From an uncultured Chitinophagaceae bacterium (GTDB lineage: Bacteria > Planctomycetota > Planctomycetia > Pirellulales > UBA1268): DNA of 64,000 nucleotides. Below the pieces are notes generated by a model, which worked only from the letters and a program-made list of their open reading frames with translations, searched no databases and was not told where the DNA came from. How positions within the stretch are numbered: position 1 is the stretch's first letter; every line of letters starts with the position of its first letter. Location of the stretch: the NCBI GenBank assembly GCA_964600785.1, contig CAZRKH010000010.1:23393-87392 (forward strand), in the 5' to 3' direction. Below are positions 54,197 to 64,000 of this stretch, one piece after another. The position numbers and the translations under genes were made by a program.

Positions 54197-55375
54197 ATGA
54201 ACGCCACCGCCCCTGCCATTCCGGTATCCGTGGATGACCCCGCGGCGGGGGCTACCGTGGTGCCCCCGAGGGTGGTGATCGATCTGGAGAAGCTGCGGCA
54301 CATCAACTGTGGCCTCGGCCGCTTCAGCCTGCACCTCGGCCGTGAACTCCTGCGGGTTGCCGAGGGCCGGTTCACCCCGGTGCTGCTGCTGCCCCGGGGT
54401 GCAGAGCGGTATTTTCCGGGCGAGAACTTTGCCAGGATCACCGTTGCTCCCTGGCGGAAGGAGGTGGCCCAGCGGCTGCTGCGGCCGCTGGTGCAGCCGC
54501 TGCTGCCGCGGTCCTCGGTCGCGCTGTGGCACATGACCAATCAGATGTCGCGGTATCTGCCGCTCGACCGCCGCGTGCCGGTGCTGCTGACGGTGCACGA
54601 CCTCAACTTTCTCCACGAGGCCCCCCGGGACGATCGGCTCGGCGAGATCGACCGCAAGATCACCGAACTGCAGCGGAAGGTCAACCGAGCCACCGAGATC
54701 GTGACCGACTCCTCCTACGTGGCCGACGAACTGGCCACCTACCTTCGGCTCGGCGACCGACCGGTGCACGTGGTGCCGCTGGGTCTGGGAGAGCCGCCAC
54801 CGGCCTCACCGACACGGCCCGAGTTTCTGCCGGCAGGACCGTTCCTCTTCACGGTGGGCAACTGCCTGTCCCACAAAAACTTCCACGTGCTCTTCGGCCT
54901 CCTGCCACGGCTTCCGGGCCGCCGGCTGGTGATCGCCGGCAAGAAGGCGACGCCCTACGGCGAATACCTCGAGCGGGAGGCCTCCCGGCTCGGCCTTTCC
55001 GATTCGGTGGTGATGCCCGGCGAGGTCTCCGACGGCGACCGACAATGGCTCTACGAGCACTGCGAGGCTTTCTTCTTTCCCTCCCTCACCGAGGGCTTCG
55101 GGTTCCCGGTGCTCGAGGCGATGGCCGCAGGGGCGGCGGTTTTCTGTTCGCGGAAGACGAGTCTCCCGGAGGTGGCCGGGGATGCCGCCTTTTTGCTCGA
55201 CTCCTTCGAGCCCGACGCGATGGCCACGGCCTTCTGGGCTGGGCTGGGCCGCTTCAGCAGCGAGCCGGGGTTTGCCGACCGGGCCCGGGCCCATGCCGCC
55301 GGCTTCTCCTGGCGGGCCACGGCCTCGGCCTACGCCGAGATCTACGCCCGGCTGCTGGCAAAAAAATCAGACTGA
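54197..55375 (+). CDS. Glycosyltransferase family 4 (GT-B)
   Basis: VHDLNFLHE..., [14 protein letters not shown], and [21 protein letters not shown] (E-x7-E). Start set at ATG 54197. Confidence 0.8.
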   Translation: MNATAPAIPVSVDDPAAGATVVPPRVVIDLEKLRHINCGLGRFSLHLGRELLRVAEGRFTPVLLLPRGAERYFPGENFARITVAPWRKEVAQRLLRPLVQPLLPRSSVALWHMTNQMSRYLPLDRRVPVLLTVHDLNFLHEAPRDDRLGEIDRKITELQRKVNRATEIVTDSSYVADELATYLRLGDRPVHVVPLGLGEPPPASPTRPEFLPAGPFLFTVGNCLSHKNFHVLFGLLPRLPGRRLVIAGKKATPYGEYLEREASRLGLSDSVVMPGEVSDGDRQWLYEHCEAFFFPSLTEGFGFPVLEAMAAGAAVFCSRKTSLPEVAGDAAFLLDSFEPDAMATAFWAGLGRFSSEPGFADRARAHAAGFSWRATASAYAEIYARLLAKKSD

Positions 55376-55544
55376 GTGCGGCAAACAGCGGCAAAAATGC
55401 CGTTTCCCCACCGGATGCCCCCTGATACCCTCCCGACGCCACGCACCGAAGATGCGGATCACTTCCGCACGGTCGGTGGCCGTTGGTCGCCGAGAGGCGG
55501 CCCGTTACAGAAGCACGGAAGTCAATTTGACCAGGGAGGCGTCG

Positions 55545-56588
55545 ATGTCGCAGGAGAGTTCGCGGAGGGCTTTGATTACCGGGGTCACCGGCCAGGACGG
55601 TTCATATCTGGCCGAACTGCTGATCTCGAAGGGCTACGAGGTCCATGGTCTCCGCCGTCGCTCGAGCACCTTCGGCACGCAGCGGATCGAACACCTCATT
55701 TTCGGCGAGCCGCCGAAGATGCATCTTCACTACGGCGACCTCTCCGACGGCAACGGCCTGATGCGGCTGATCCGCGAGGTTCGTCCGCACGAGGTCTACA
55801 ACCTCGCCGCCCAGAGCCATGTTCGCGTGAGCTTCGATCAGCCTGCCTACACCGCCGACACCACCGCCGTGGGCACCCTGCGGCTGCTCGAGGCGATCCG
55901 CGACGTGCAGGACGAGACCGGTGAGCAGATCCGCTTCTACCAGGCTTCATCCTCCGAGATGTTCGGCAAGGTGGTGGAGACACCGCAGAAGGAAACGACC
56001 CCCTTCTATCCCCGTAGCCCCTACGGCGTGGCCAAGGTCTACAGCCACTGGATCACGATCAACTACCGCGAGAGCTACGGGATGCACGCGTCCTGTGGCA
56101 TTCTCTTCAACCACGAGAGCCCCCGCCGTGGCGAGACCTTCGTAACCCGCAAGATCACCCGGGCGGCCACGCGGATCAAGCTTGGCCTGCAGGAGAAGCT
56201 CTACCTCGGCAACCTCGACGCCAAGCGTGACTGGGGCTTCGCCGGAGACTACGTCGAGGCGATGTGGCTGATGCTCCAGCAGGACGAACCGGACGACTAC
56301 GTGGTCGCCATGAACGAGCTCTACAGCGTCCGCGAGTTCTGCGAGAAGACGTTTGGCCGGCTCGGCCTCGACTACCAGGACTTCGTCGAGGTCGACCCGC
56401 GGTATTACCGCCCGGCGGAGGTCGACCTGCTGCTCGGCGACGCCACGAAGGCCCGTGAGCAGCTCGGCTGGATTCCCCAGACCAGCTTCGAAGGACTCGT
56501 TGACATGATGGTCGAGGAGGATCTCAAGCTCGCCCGTCGGGAGCAGCTGCTCGCCGAAGGGGAGAAGCACCAACGGGAGGCGGCCTGA
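55545..56588 (+). CDS. gmd: GDP-mannose 4,6-dehydratase
   Basis: AGGGAGG lies before ATG 55545. [19 protein letters not shown]-type motif, [67 protein letters not shown]. Confidence 0.92.
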   Translation: MSQESSRRALITGVTGQDGSYLAELLISKGYEVHGLRRRSSTFGTQRIEHLIFGEPPKMHLHYGDLSDGNGLMRLIREVRPHEVYNLAAQSHVRVSFDQPAYTADTTAVGTLRLLEAIRDVQDETGEQIRFYQASSSEMFGKVVETPQKETTPFYPRSPYGVAKVYSHWITINYRESYGMHASCGILFNHESPRRGETFVTRKITRAATRIKLGLQEKLYLGNLDAKRDWGFAGDYVEAMWLMLQQDEPDDYVVAMNELYSVREFCEKTFGRLGLDYQDFVEVDPRYYRPAEVDLLLGDATKAREQLGWIPQTSFEGLVDMMVEEDLKLARREQLLAEGEKHQREAA

Positions 56589-56611
56589 ACGCCGTTGAGG
56601 GACAATTCAAG

Positions 56612-57556
56612 ATGAAATTAGTTCCAAAAAAAATAAGAAGTTGGTTGCGGCCTCCAGCGGCATCCACCCCCCCCATTCAGCCGCATCGCCTGCAACGTCA
56701 CCACCCCGACTTGCATGTGCGTGTTTCTCGGCGGGATGACGCGCAAAAACTGGTCAGTCAACTTTGTCGTTATCGTACGCTTGATTCGGAAATCTTCCGC
56801 TCATGGGCACGAGTGTTGGATGAACCGTGGAGGCCGCATCGCAAGCTCTGGGAACTCGCTTTCATTTGCCAAGCGTTATTGGAACGAGGGATGCTCGAAC
56901 CCGGACGCCGGGGCCTTGGATTTGCCGTGGGTGCGGAGAAACTCCCGGCGATCTTTGCTGCCCGTGGTTGCCATATCACGGCAACTGACTTGCCTTCCAA
57001 TGACGAGCGGCGGAACATGTGGGCGGATTCGGGGCAGTGGGTGGGGGAACGCGACGCCCTCAATGCCGCGGGCCTCTGCGACCCCGCAGTCTTCAGCGAA
57101 AGAGTCTCGTTCCGGCCGGTCGACATGAACCACGTGCCTGACGACCTCGTCGGCTACGATTTCAGCTGGTCTACCTGCTCCTTTGAGCACTGCGGCTCGC
57201 TGCAGCTGGGCCTTGACTTCCTCGAGCGGCAGATGGACTGTCTCGTGCCCGGCGGCGTGGCTGTTCATACCACCGAGTTCAACCTCTCGAGCAATGACGC
57301 CACGGTGGCCGACGGCCCCTGCGTCATTTATCGTCTCCGCGACATGGAGGCCGTCTGCAGCCGCCTGACCGCCGCAGGCCATAGTGTCGAGCCGCTCGAC
57401 GTTGACCCAGGACGCCATCGCCTCGATCGGGTCGTAGACGAGCCGCCGTACTGCAACTGGTTCACGACACCGCCACCGAAGGTCAAGCACCTACGACTCA
57501 ATCTCTGGGGGCATGCCTCAACCTCGATCGCGTTGGTGATCCGTAAGGCGATGTAG
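56612..57556 (+). CDS. Putative class I SAM-dependent methyltransferase
   Basis: GLGFAVGAEKLPAIFAARGCHITATDL (motif I-like), YDFSWSTCSFEHC, LVPGGVAVHTTEF. The assignment is moderate only. Confidence 0.6.
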   Translation: MKLVPKKIRSWLRPPAASTPPIQPHRLQRHHPDLHVRVSRRDDAQKLVSQLCRYRTLDSEIFRSWARVLDEPWRPHRKLWELAFICQALLERGMLEPGRRGLGFAVGAEKLPAIFAARGCHITATDLPSNDERRNMWADSGQWVGERDALNAAGLCDPAVFSERVSFRPVDMNHVPDDLVGYDFSWSTCSFEHCGSLQLGLDFLERQMDCLVPGGVAVHTTEFNLSSNDATVADGPCVIYRLRDMEAVCSRLTAAGHSVEPLDVDPGRHRLDRVVDEPPYCNWFTTPPPKVKHLRLNLWGHASTSIALVIRKAM

Positions 57557-57612
57557 CATCGCCGTGCCAGCAAGCCGTAAAAAGTTCATATTCAGGGAGG
57601 CCCGTCACACTC

Positions 57613-58347
57613 ATGATCTCGTATGCCCAAAACTTTGAGGACGTCGTCCTGCGTCGTGTCTTTCACGCAACCATTCACGGCCGGTATGTCGATGTCGGTG
57701 CCTTCGATCCGGAAGTTCATTCGGTGACAAAGCATTTCTACGATCAAGGCTGGTCTGGAGTGAATGTGGAGCCGGTAGAGAGGTTCCATCGAAAGTTCGA
57801 GGCGTCAAGGCCACGGGACTGGAACCTCAACGTCGTCTGCGGAGCGGATACGGGGACCATCGAGTTTCATGAGTTTGGTGATTCCGGACTCTCTTCCTAT
57901 TGCGAAACCTTTGACCCGGCCGTGGTGGCCCCGTACGGCTATGAACGGACTACTCACACTGTCCCAATGACCACGCTCGCTGAAATTGCCCGACAGCTGC
58001 CCCCCGGCGAGGTTGAATTTCTCAAAATCGATGTCGAAGGTGCCGAACGGGACGTCTTACTGGGTAATGATTGGCGATCCTTCCGCCCGCGAGTCATATT
58101 GCTCGAGGCGATCAAGCCAAAGTTGCCAGGCTGCGATCTCTATTCCTATGAGCCAACCTGGTTCGACTGGGAGGGGATTTTGATTCAACATGGGTATGAG
58201 TTCGCTCTCTTCGACGGTCTGAATCGTTACTACTATCGCCGGGAAGAGCCATCGTTGCGAGCACCCTTGTCATATCCGGCCAATGTGACAGACGGATTCA
58301 TACTCATGCCCGGACATGACCTCGCGAGTAAGGTCAGCGCCGCCTAA
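57613..58347 (+). CDS. FkbM-family methyltransferase
   Basis: YVDVGAFDPEVHSVTKHFY..GWSGVNVEP and EVEFLKIDVEGAERDVL are typical FkbM blocks. Confidence 0.8.
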   Translation: MISYAQNFEDVVLRRVFHATIHGRYVDVGAFDPEVHSVTKHFYDQGWSGVNVEPVERFHRKFEASRPRDWNLNVVCGADTGTIEFHEFGDSGLSSYCETFDPAVVAPYGYERTTHTVPMTTLAEIARQLPPGEVEFLKIDVEGAERDVLLGNDWRSFRPRVILLEAIKPKLPGCDLYSYEPTWFDWEGILIQHGYEFALFDGLNRYYYRREEPSLRAPLSYPANVTDGFILMPGHDLASKVSAA

Positions 58348-58387
58348 GCCGTCGGGACCAATGCAACAAAAATCAGGGGGATGATTC

Positions 58388-59833
58388 ATGGCTGTTTGGT
58401 ATGACGTTTCTGATCTCACCTCGTGGACGCTACCGCATCTCACAGGCATCCAGCGGACGACCGTTGGCATTCTCAATGGATTGGTAGCCAGCGGAGCCAG
58501 GCCACAGCTCGTTCGATTCTGTCCCCAAAAATGCTGTTTTCTGCCGATCAAGGCGGTCGATTTGCCGGAAGCAATTTTGGGACACCTCCCATGGGTGGAG
58601 AGAGCCCCGTCTGCCGAGAGCACCACCTCGGCAGCGGTCGGGGAGCACGTGCAGCGAGCCGCGGCGGCGGAAGAGACTGCAGGGCGACGTTGGCGGCTGA
58701 TCAGCCGCGATCAAATCCTGGGGGCAAGCCCCGCAAGTCTTGAATTGAGACAGTCGTTTCGGACATTCCGACAATCGTCAAACCAACTGCAGCGTAACTT
58801 CTTTCGTTGGGCGCGGTTCCGTTACCGGGGGCATAAGCAGGCCCCGCCCGCGGTGATTTCCAGTTCCACCACGTCGCCTCAGCGGCCCCCTCAGCCGCCA
58901 CTGGCCGGACCTTTCCAGCGTAATGATCTTCTGCTGTCACTCGGGGCCACTTGGGCGATTGCTGGTCACGCTGAAGCGGTGGCTGCAGCACGGAAAAATG
59001 GCACGAGCGTGGTGCGGACGATATACGACCTCATCCCTGTCATCAAACCGGAGTGGGTTCTGCCGCAGCATGTACCGCTCGTGACGAAGTGGGCGCGGAA
59101 TGTCCTTCGTGAATCAGACGCCGTGCTGACCATTTCAGAGTTTTCGAAACAGGAAATCAAAAAATATTGTGATGAACTCGCTATTTTGAAACCGCCGCTG
59201 AAGGTTATTCGTCTCGGTGACGAGCTGCCCTCTGCTGGCGACGAGACACCGGCACTCCCCCGCTTCGTTCCGAGGCGGCCGTTTTTTCTCTGCGTGTCTA
59301 CCTTGGATGTTCGAAAAAATCACCGACTTCTTTACGATGTTTGGAATTCGCTTGCCAGTCGCGATCCCGATGGGTGCCCGGATCTCGTGTGCATGGGTGT
59401 AAAGCACCTGTTCGTCAGTGAACTGGTCTATGAAATTTACCGCAATCGAGCAGTCAATGGAAAAATTCACATTCTTGAAAATATAGCCGACAGTGAGCTT
59501 TCGTGGTATTACCGCCACTGTGCCGCGACGATCTACCCGTCAAGGTACGAGGGCTGGGGGCTGCCTGTGGCGGAGAGTCTCGGTCACGGGCGGCTTTGCC
59601 TGGCTTCCGACGCCACCAGCATCCCGGAGATCAGTCGGGATCTTCCGGTGTTTTTTGATCCCCTCGATGCGAAGGGACTGATGCAGCTGGTGCAACGAAC
59701 TCTGCAGGATCCGGAGTGGGTACGCGAAAGAGAAGCAGCAATTCGATCACGGTTTAGAGTGACATCATGGAGAGATACTGCGGGTCAAGTGCTCGCGGCT
59801 GCGGGGATTCCAGAGTCTCGCCAGGTTGCGTAG
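58388..59833 (+). CDS. Glycosyltransferase family 4, paralog 1 of a tandem trio
   Basis: YDVSDLTSWTLPHLTGIQRTTVGIL, IYDLIPVIKPEW, FFLCVSTLDVRKN, IYPSRYEGWGLPVAESLGHG. Confidence 0.8.
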   Translation: MAVWYDVSDLTSWTLPHLTGIQRTTVGILNGLVASGARPQLVRFCPQKCCFLPIKAVDLPEAILGHLPWVERAPSAESTTSAAVGEHVQRAAAAEETAGRRWRLISRDQILGASPASLELRQSFRTFRQSSNQLQRNFFRWARFRYRGHKQAPPAVISSSTTSPQRPPQPPLAGPFQRNDLLLSLGATWAIAGHAEAVAAARKNGTSVVRTIYDLIPVIKPEWVLPQHVPLVTKWARNVLRESDAVLTISEFSKQEIKKYCDELAILKPPLKVIRLGDELPSAGDETPALPRFVPRRPFFLCVSTLDVRKNHRLLYDVWNSLASRDPDGCPDLVCMGVKHLFVSELVYEIYRNRAVNGKIHILENIADSELSWYYRHCAATIYPSRYEGWGLPVAESLGHGRLCLASDATSIPEISRDLPVFFDPLDAKGLMQLVQRTLQDPEWVREREAAIRSRFRVTSWRDTAGQVLAAAGIPESRQVA

Positions 59834-59996
59834 GCGGCGCTTGCAGCCACACGAGTTCCTGTTTTTCTCCAAGGGTTTGCGCTAGCGGTCTGGGTCAGAT
59901 TGACTCAGAAACAAGTCGACCTATCGGAAGACCAGCATCGTTGTTTTGATTTCCTAAAGATAATTCAACCCGACTGCTTTTCTCAGCAGAAATCCC

Positions 59997-61412
59997 ATGT
60001 CGCGTTATTTTGATATCAGTGATCTTGTTGAGTTTGCCCGCTGTAATCGCTGTGTGTCAGGTATTCAGCGGGTGCAGTTGAGAATCATTCAGCAATTCTC
60101 AGTGATTTCGAGAGAACAGGTTTTTTGTGTGTTTTATGATAAGGCTGCATCGCGGTTGTGGGCCTGTATCTCCATCGATCTGATACAGGACTTGGACTAC
60201 GATGCTGACCGTCTGCTCGAGCGACTTGGAATTACCGATCATGGAGCACCATACTCGTTTCGCGAATACCGAGAGTGGCTGGCTGGCTTTCCGAAAGGCT
60301 CTGTGCGGCGTTGCAGGAAAAAGCTCGAGTTGGCCATTCGTAAGATGGTCTGCCCGGGGACTCTGCGTAATTGGATGAGGCTTCCGGCTAAGGCTCGGGA
60401 AGCTGGGCCACGCTCGGCGATTGACACCTGGCCGGTGGAAGGTTTTCAGTCGCACGACGAACTGATTCTGATGGGAACGAACTGGGATCATCCTCGGGTC
60501 GGCCAGGCTGCGACGCAGCATTTCCGACGTGGTGGCAGCGTGACGCAGGTGGTCTATGACTTGATCCCGCATCGTTTTCCTGAGTTCTGCATTCAGAGCG
60601 TAGTCAGGAAATACAATGAATATTTGCAGAAATCGGTCGAGTTTGTCAGCCAGTACATCTGCATCTCAAATGCCACGGCTTGCGACTTGAACACGTACTT
60701 GCAGGCGATGGGGCACGAGAGGCCGATTCGCGTTTGGCCTTTGCCCCACGAGTTTGCCCAAGGATCTCGTGAGGGGATAGCGGCCAAAGTCGACTCTCAG
60801 CGACCGGCTGGGGACGGCTACGATGGCCGAAGTCCGTTTGTACTCTGCGTGGGCACGTTGGAAATCAGGAAGAACGGGATCGCCCTCTTACGGGCTTGGC
60901 AGCGACTGGCGGCGGAGCTTGGTAGCGAAACCCCTGGCCTTGTTTTTGCCGGGAAGGTCGGTTGGAAGGTTGAGGAATTCTTTGAGGTGCTCAATGCCGA
61001 CGGCGGTTTGAAGAGGCATGTACAGATTGTGGACCGCCCAAGTGACTCCGTGCTCATGTCCCTCTACAATAAGTGCCTATTCACCGTGTATCCGAGTTTC
61101 GCCGAGGGATGGGGATTGCCAGTTGGGGAGGCTGCCTGGTTTGGAAGATACAGCATTGTCTCTTCCGCGTCGTCATTGCCAGAGGTCTGTGGGTCACTTG
61201 TCGATTACTTCGATCCCACGGACATCGACGAACTGGTCAGGCTGATCAAGCAGGGTCTGAATGACCCGGATTACGTCAGGGCGAAAGAGGAAAAAATCCG
61301 TGCCACACGGCTGCGGACCTGGGCTGAGGCGGCCTGCCACCTCGGGGAACTCCTCGATGCGGAAAAACACTCCGCGACAGCAAACCAGTCGTCAGCCAGG
61401 AATGCTGCCTGA
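59997..61412 (+). CDS. Glycosyltransferase family 4, paralog 2
   Basis: YFDISDLVEFARCNRCVSGIQRVQLRII, VYDLIPHRFPEF, FVLCVGTLEIRKN, VYPSFAEGWGLPVGEAAWFG. Confidence 0.8.
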   Translation: MSRYFDISDLVEFARCNRCVSGIQRVQLRIIQQFSVISREQVFCVFYDKAASRLWACISIDLIQDLDYDADRLLERLGITDHGAPYSFREYREWLAGFPKGSVRRCRKKLELAIRKMVCPGTLRNWMRLPAKAREAGPRSAIDTWPVEGFQSHDELILMGTNWDHPRVGQAATQHFRRGGSVTQVVYDLIPHRFPEFCIQSVVRKYNEYLQKSVEFVSQYICISNATACDLNTYLQAMGHERPIRVWPLPHEFAQGSREGIAAKVDSQRPAGDGYDGRSPFVLCVGTLEIRKNGIALLRAWQRLAAELGSETPGLVFAGKVGWKVEEFFEVLNADGGLKRHVQIVDRPSDSVLMSLYNKCLFTVYPSFAEGWGLPVGEAAWFGRYSIVSSASSLPEVCGSLVDYFDPTDIDELVRLIKQGLNDPDYVRAKEEKIRATRLRTWAEAACHLGELLDAEKHSATANQSSARNAA

Positions 61413-63079
61413 TGTCAAGGCGTCAAGAACCGTCTACGAGTGCTCTTGACCGGCGGTTTGATGTGATCTGCAAGTCTCTTGGTCTGTCTTACTCGCCAGG
61501 CCAAGATCGTTATGCAGCATTTGTTCAGACTGTCATTACGACGCCGCAGTTGCGTCCACACCGCGAGTACCTCTTCGCAAAGTTATTTCTCGGAAAAAGT
61601 CGCTTTGGCAGCACTCACGATCTCTCCCCGGGCGGGGACGACCCCCACAGACTGTCTGAAATCCTACTGAGGCTCAGCGACGCGGCTGACTCGTCAGAGG
61701 CCGATGTTGTCTTTGAGCACATAGAAGCGGGTCATGTGTTCATCGACGTCACTCATACATATAATTTTCCCTACCACAGCGGAATCCAAAGAGTGGTACG
61801 CTGTCTCGTCGAACAGTTTCGAGATCTGGGTTTTCAATTCCGGCTGATTAAGTACGACCCGGCACTCAACGAATACTGCCTTCTCAATGACTCAGACGTC
61901 GCTCTTTTTTACGGCTGGCGGAAGCTACTTGCTGCGGGGGCACCGCCGCGGGGCTCGGCGGCATTCGGGCGTTTGTTGACCCCGATCGGCAGTCGTGTAC
62001 GGAAATTGTTGGGGCGACGATTGCGAAACTGGTGTGCCTCGGCCACAGAGCGGCTGGTGAAGAAGGTGAGAGGAATTGCGGCACGACAAGGGCACCCCCC
62101 TGCGGTGGCGACCGGTGACCAATCGGTGGACGAGGTTGTCGCACCTTTCGTGTGGGGGCACACGGTCTTCGTGCCGGAGGTCGTACTTCAGCCGGCCAGA
62201 CTCGACGCCATTCACCACCTTTTCCGGTGTGGGACGTGTCGGGCGGTCATGGTCGTGTACGACCTGATTCCACTCCTCAACCCGGAGTATTGCGATGCCG
62301 CAACAGTCAATTTTTTTCTTCGGTATTTGCGTCTTCTGCAGGACGCGAATGGCATCACGTGCATTTCACACGCTGTGCGGGCGGATGTCTTGAACTACAA
62401 GGCGCTCGCGCAATGGACGAATGAGGATCAGGAGATCGCGACCAACTATCTCGCAGGCGACACGAAACTCCGGCGAAAGAGGATGAATGGTCGTTCCGCA
62501 AATGGAAGAAGTCCAACCGTGCTGGTGGTGGGGTCAATCACCCTCCGAAAAAATCAACACAGGGTCCTGCAGGCGATGGTGTCAGCGCAACAGCAGGGGG
62601 CCGTCTTCAAGGGAGTTTTCGTTGGAAACCTTGACGCGGGAAGTGGCCCGTTTCTCGAGCGCGTGACTTCTTACAGAAGCGAAGGACACGATCTCGATGT
62701 GTGCCTGTCGGCCTCGGAATCAGAGTTGGAAAGCCTCTACGAGCAAGCTGTGTTGACGATTTTTTGTTCATTGGCCGAGGGATTCGGCTTGCCCATCGTG
62801 GAGTCAGTCGAAAGGGGTCTGCCTTGCGTAGTCAGCAACCGGGGGAGCATGAAGGAAATTGCTGAACAGCTTGGCGGGTGCATCTGTGTGGATCCGGAAG
62901 ATGTCGAGTCGATTGCGAGAGCGATTGCCAGGTTTTTTCAAGACGAAGAATTCCGATGCACGATTGAGAACGCGGCGAAAAAGGCAACGTGGCCAAATTG
63001 GTCGGACGCATCACGGTCGATATGGAACTTCATCACCAAAAAGGGTGTCGATGCTGAGCTCACGTTCTCGAACAGCTGA
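61412..63079 (+). CDS. Glycosyltransferase family 4, paralog 3, with ~100-aa N-terminal extension
   Basis: The start shares 1 nt with the previous stop (TGATG). FIDVTHTYNFPYHSGIQRVVRCLV, VYDLIPLLNPEY, TVLVVGSITLRKN, FCSLAEGFGLPIVESVERG. Confidence 0.75.
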   Translation: MSRRQEPSTSALDRRFDVICKSLGLSYSPGQDRYAAFVQTVITTPQLRPHREYLFAKLFLGKSRFGSTHDLSPGGDDPHRLSEILLRLSDAADSSEADVVFEHIEAGHVFIDVTHTYNFPYHSGIQRVVRCLVEQFRDLGFQFRLIKYDPALNEYCLLNDSDVALFYGWRKLLAAGAPPRGSAAFGRLLTPIGSRVRKLLGRRLRNWCASATERLVKKVRGIAARQGHPPAVATGDQSVDEVVAPFVWGHTVFVPEVVLQPARLDAIHHLFRCGTCRAVMVVYDLIPLLNPEYCDAATVNFFLRYLRLLQDANGITCISHAVRADVLNYKALAQWTNEDQEIATNYLAGDTKLRRKRMNGRSANGRSPTVLVVGSITLRKNQHRVLQAMVSAQQQGAVFKGVFVGNLDAGSGPFLERVTSYRSEGHDLDVCLSASESELESLYEQAVLTIFCSLAEGFGLPIVESVERGLPCVVSNRGSMKEIAEQLGGCICVDPEDVESIARAIARFFQDEEFRCTIENAAKKATWPNWSDASRSIWNFITKKGVDAELTFSNS

Positions 63080-63120
63080 GTTCTTTTGTCGGCCGCACGA
63101 GAAGAACGGATCGCGTAACG

Positions 63121-64000
63121 ATGTGGATCGGGATCAGGAAGATGCTCCGGGCTGGGGAGGCACGAGTCCGGCCGGCGATTCGTCGCATCACCGGCAAGCC
63201 GCCCAAGTTCAGGGCAATAACGGCGGAAACTCTGCCCGATTTTGTACGCGATGTCGACCGTGCCGGCGGGCCAGCTACGGCGACTGCCGCGGCTCTTCTG
63301 CAATCGCATGAGTACCGACCGAGTCGGGCAGTTGCGAAATCGCTCGACCCGTTCAGTGACGAGTATGTCCAGGCACAGGTTTCTTTGTACGAAGAAATTT
63401 CGGGGCGAAAACTGGACCAGACAAAAAACGAAAGGACGGTTTTTGATCTCGAGTCACATCTTGCGGCACCAAATCCCTACGCCCATAAGTTCCCTGGAAA
63501 GCTTGCGGTCCATTATTCGCGGCTCGCCGAGGCATTTCGCCACAGCAAGGTGCCAATAGGAGGGCATCTGTTGGATATGGGGTGCGGGTGGGGGCTTTCA
63601 TCGGAATTTGCTTCAACGCTCGGTTTGAGAGTGACGGCTGTCGATATCAACCCTGACTTTGTGGCATTAGTTCGTGGCAGGGCCCGTCGAGCGGGTTTGC
63701 CCATCGAGGCTGTGGAGGCAACTTTTGAGGACTTTGAATCGGATGAACTCTACGACATGGTGCTGTTTTACGAGTGTCTGCATCATGCGGTAAGGCCGTG
63801 GAAGGTTATTGAATCTCTCGCCCCAAAGGTTGCTGTTGGCGGTGAGATTGTGCTCGCAGGTGAACCGATCAATGGCCGCTGGTGGGATCATTGGGGAATC
63901 CGGCTTGATGGTCTGAGCGTCTACTGTATCCGCAAGTTTGGCTGGTTCGAAAGCGGTTGGACCGCCGACTTTATTGCAACGTGTTTTCGCGAGAACGGAT
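63121..64000 (+). CDS. Class I SAM-dependent methyltransferase (partial, runs off the right edge)
   Basis: Not in the ORF track because it has no stop in the window. Hand translation from ATG 63121: MWIGIRKMLRAGEARVRPAIRRITGKPPKF...GGHLLDMGCGWGLSSEFASTLGLRVTAVDINPDFV...YDMVLFYECLHHAVRPWKVIESLAPKVAVGGEIVLAGEP. The frame is open to 64000. Confidence 0.7.
   Translation, partial: MWIGIRKMLRAGEARVRPAIRRITGKPPKFRAITAETLPDFVRDVDRAGGPATATAAALLQSHEYRPSRAVAKSLDPFSDEYVQAQVSLYEEISGRKLDQTKNERTVFDLESHLAAPNPYAHKFPGKLAVHYSRLAEAFRHSKVPIGGHLLDMGCGWGLSSEFASTLGLRVTAVDINPDFVALVRGRARRAGLPIEAVEATFEDFESDELYDMVLFYECLHHAVRPWKVIESLAPKVAVGGEIVLAGEPINGRWWDHWGIRLDGLSVYCIRKFGWFESGWTADFIATCFRENG

Overview
High-GC bacterial chromosomal segment, by inference from a Planctomycetota genome. 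The clues are a DUF1501 protein with a Tat-like signal, a DUF1559 pseudopilin-like protein with a prepilin N-terminus, four PEP-CTERM proteins and LpxI. I can support about 58 protein-coding genes. Many very long ORFs in the track are antisense or out-of-frame shadows typical of GC-rich DNA. Several real genes start well inside the listed ORF. Content from left to right: an ECF sigma/anti-sigma pair followed by two PEP-CTERM genes, each preceded by a near-identical ~270-nt leader; MscS; xseAB; a DUF1559 gene plus two PEP-CTERM genes; a sigma-70-family factor; SDR/VOC genes; lpxD-lpxI; an orphan sigma-54 activator; birA; an RlmM-like methyltransferase; inositol-3-phosphate synthase; a six-gene L-fucose-like sugar operon; mobA; a 1297-aa AsmA/TamB-like protein; an EVE-bioF-FMO operon; a porin; lutBC; sucCD-lutA; a Baeyer-Villiger-type monooxygenase. 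The right end is a glycan-biosynthesis cluster that becomes visibly AT-richer (gmd, four GT4 glycosyltransferases, three methyltransferases). I recognised no rRNA, tRNA, CRISPR array, transposase or integrase. The candidates I consider most worth follow-up are listed here. (1) A two-gene cassette, a membrane-anchored GspE/PilB-like ATPase plus a CvpA-like membrane protein, sits antisense between lutA and lutBC. (2) The duplicated non-coding leaders in front of the PEP-CTERM genes. (3) An unlisted 25-aa poly-Lys/Ala micro-ORF with its own Shine-Dalgarno sequence and terminator next to rlmM. (4) A 32-nt element that forms a perfect 18-bp hairpin and encodes the last residues of lutC. (5) Three tandem palindromic 28-nt repeats. 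(6) The dehydratase-less fucose-like operon. None of these is demonstrated as a new system. All functional calls rest on motif recognition by eye, without database searches.
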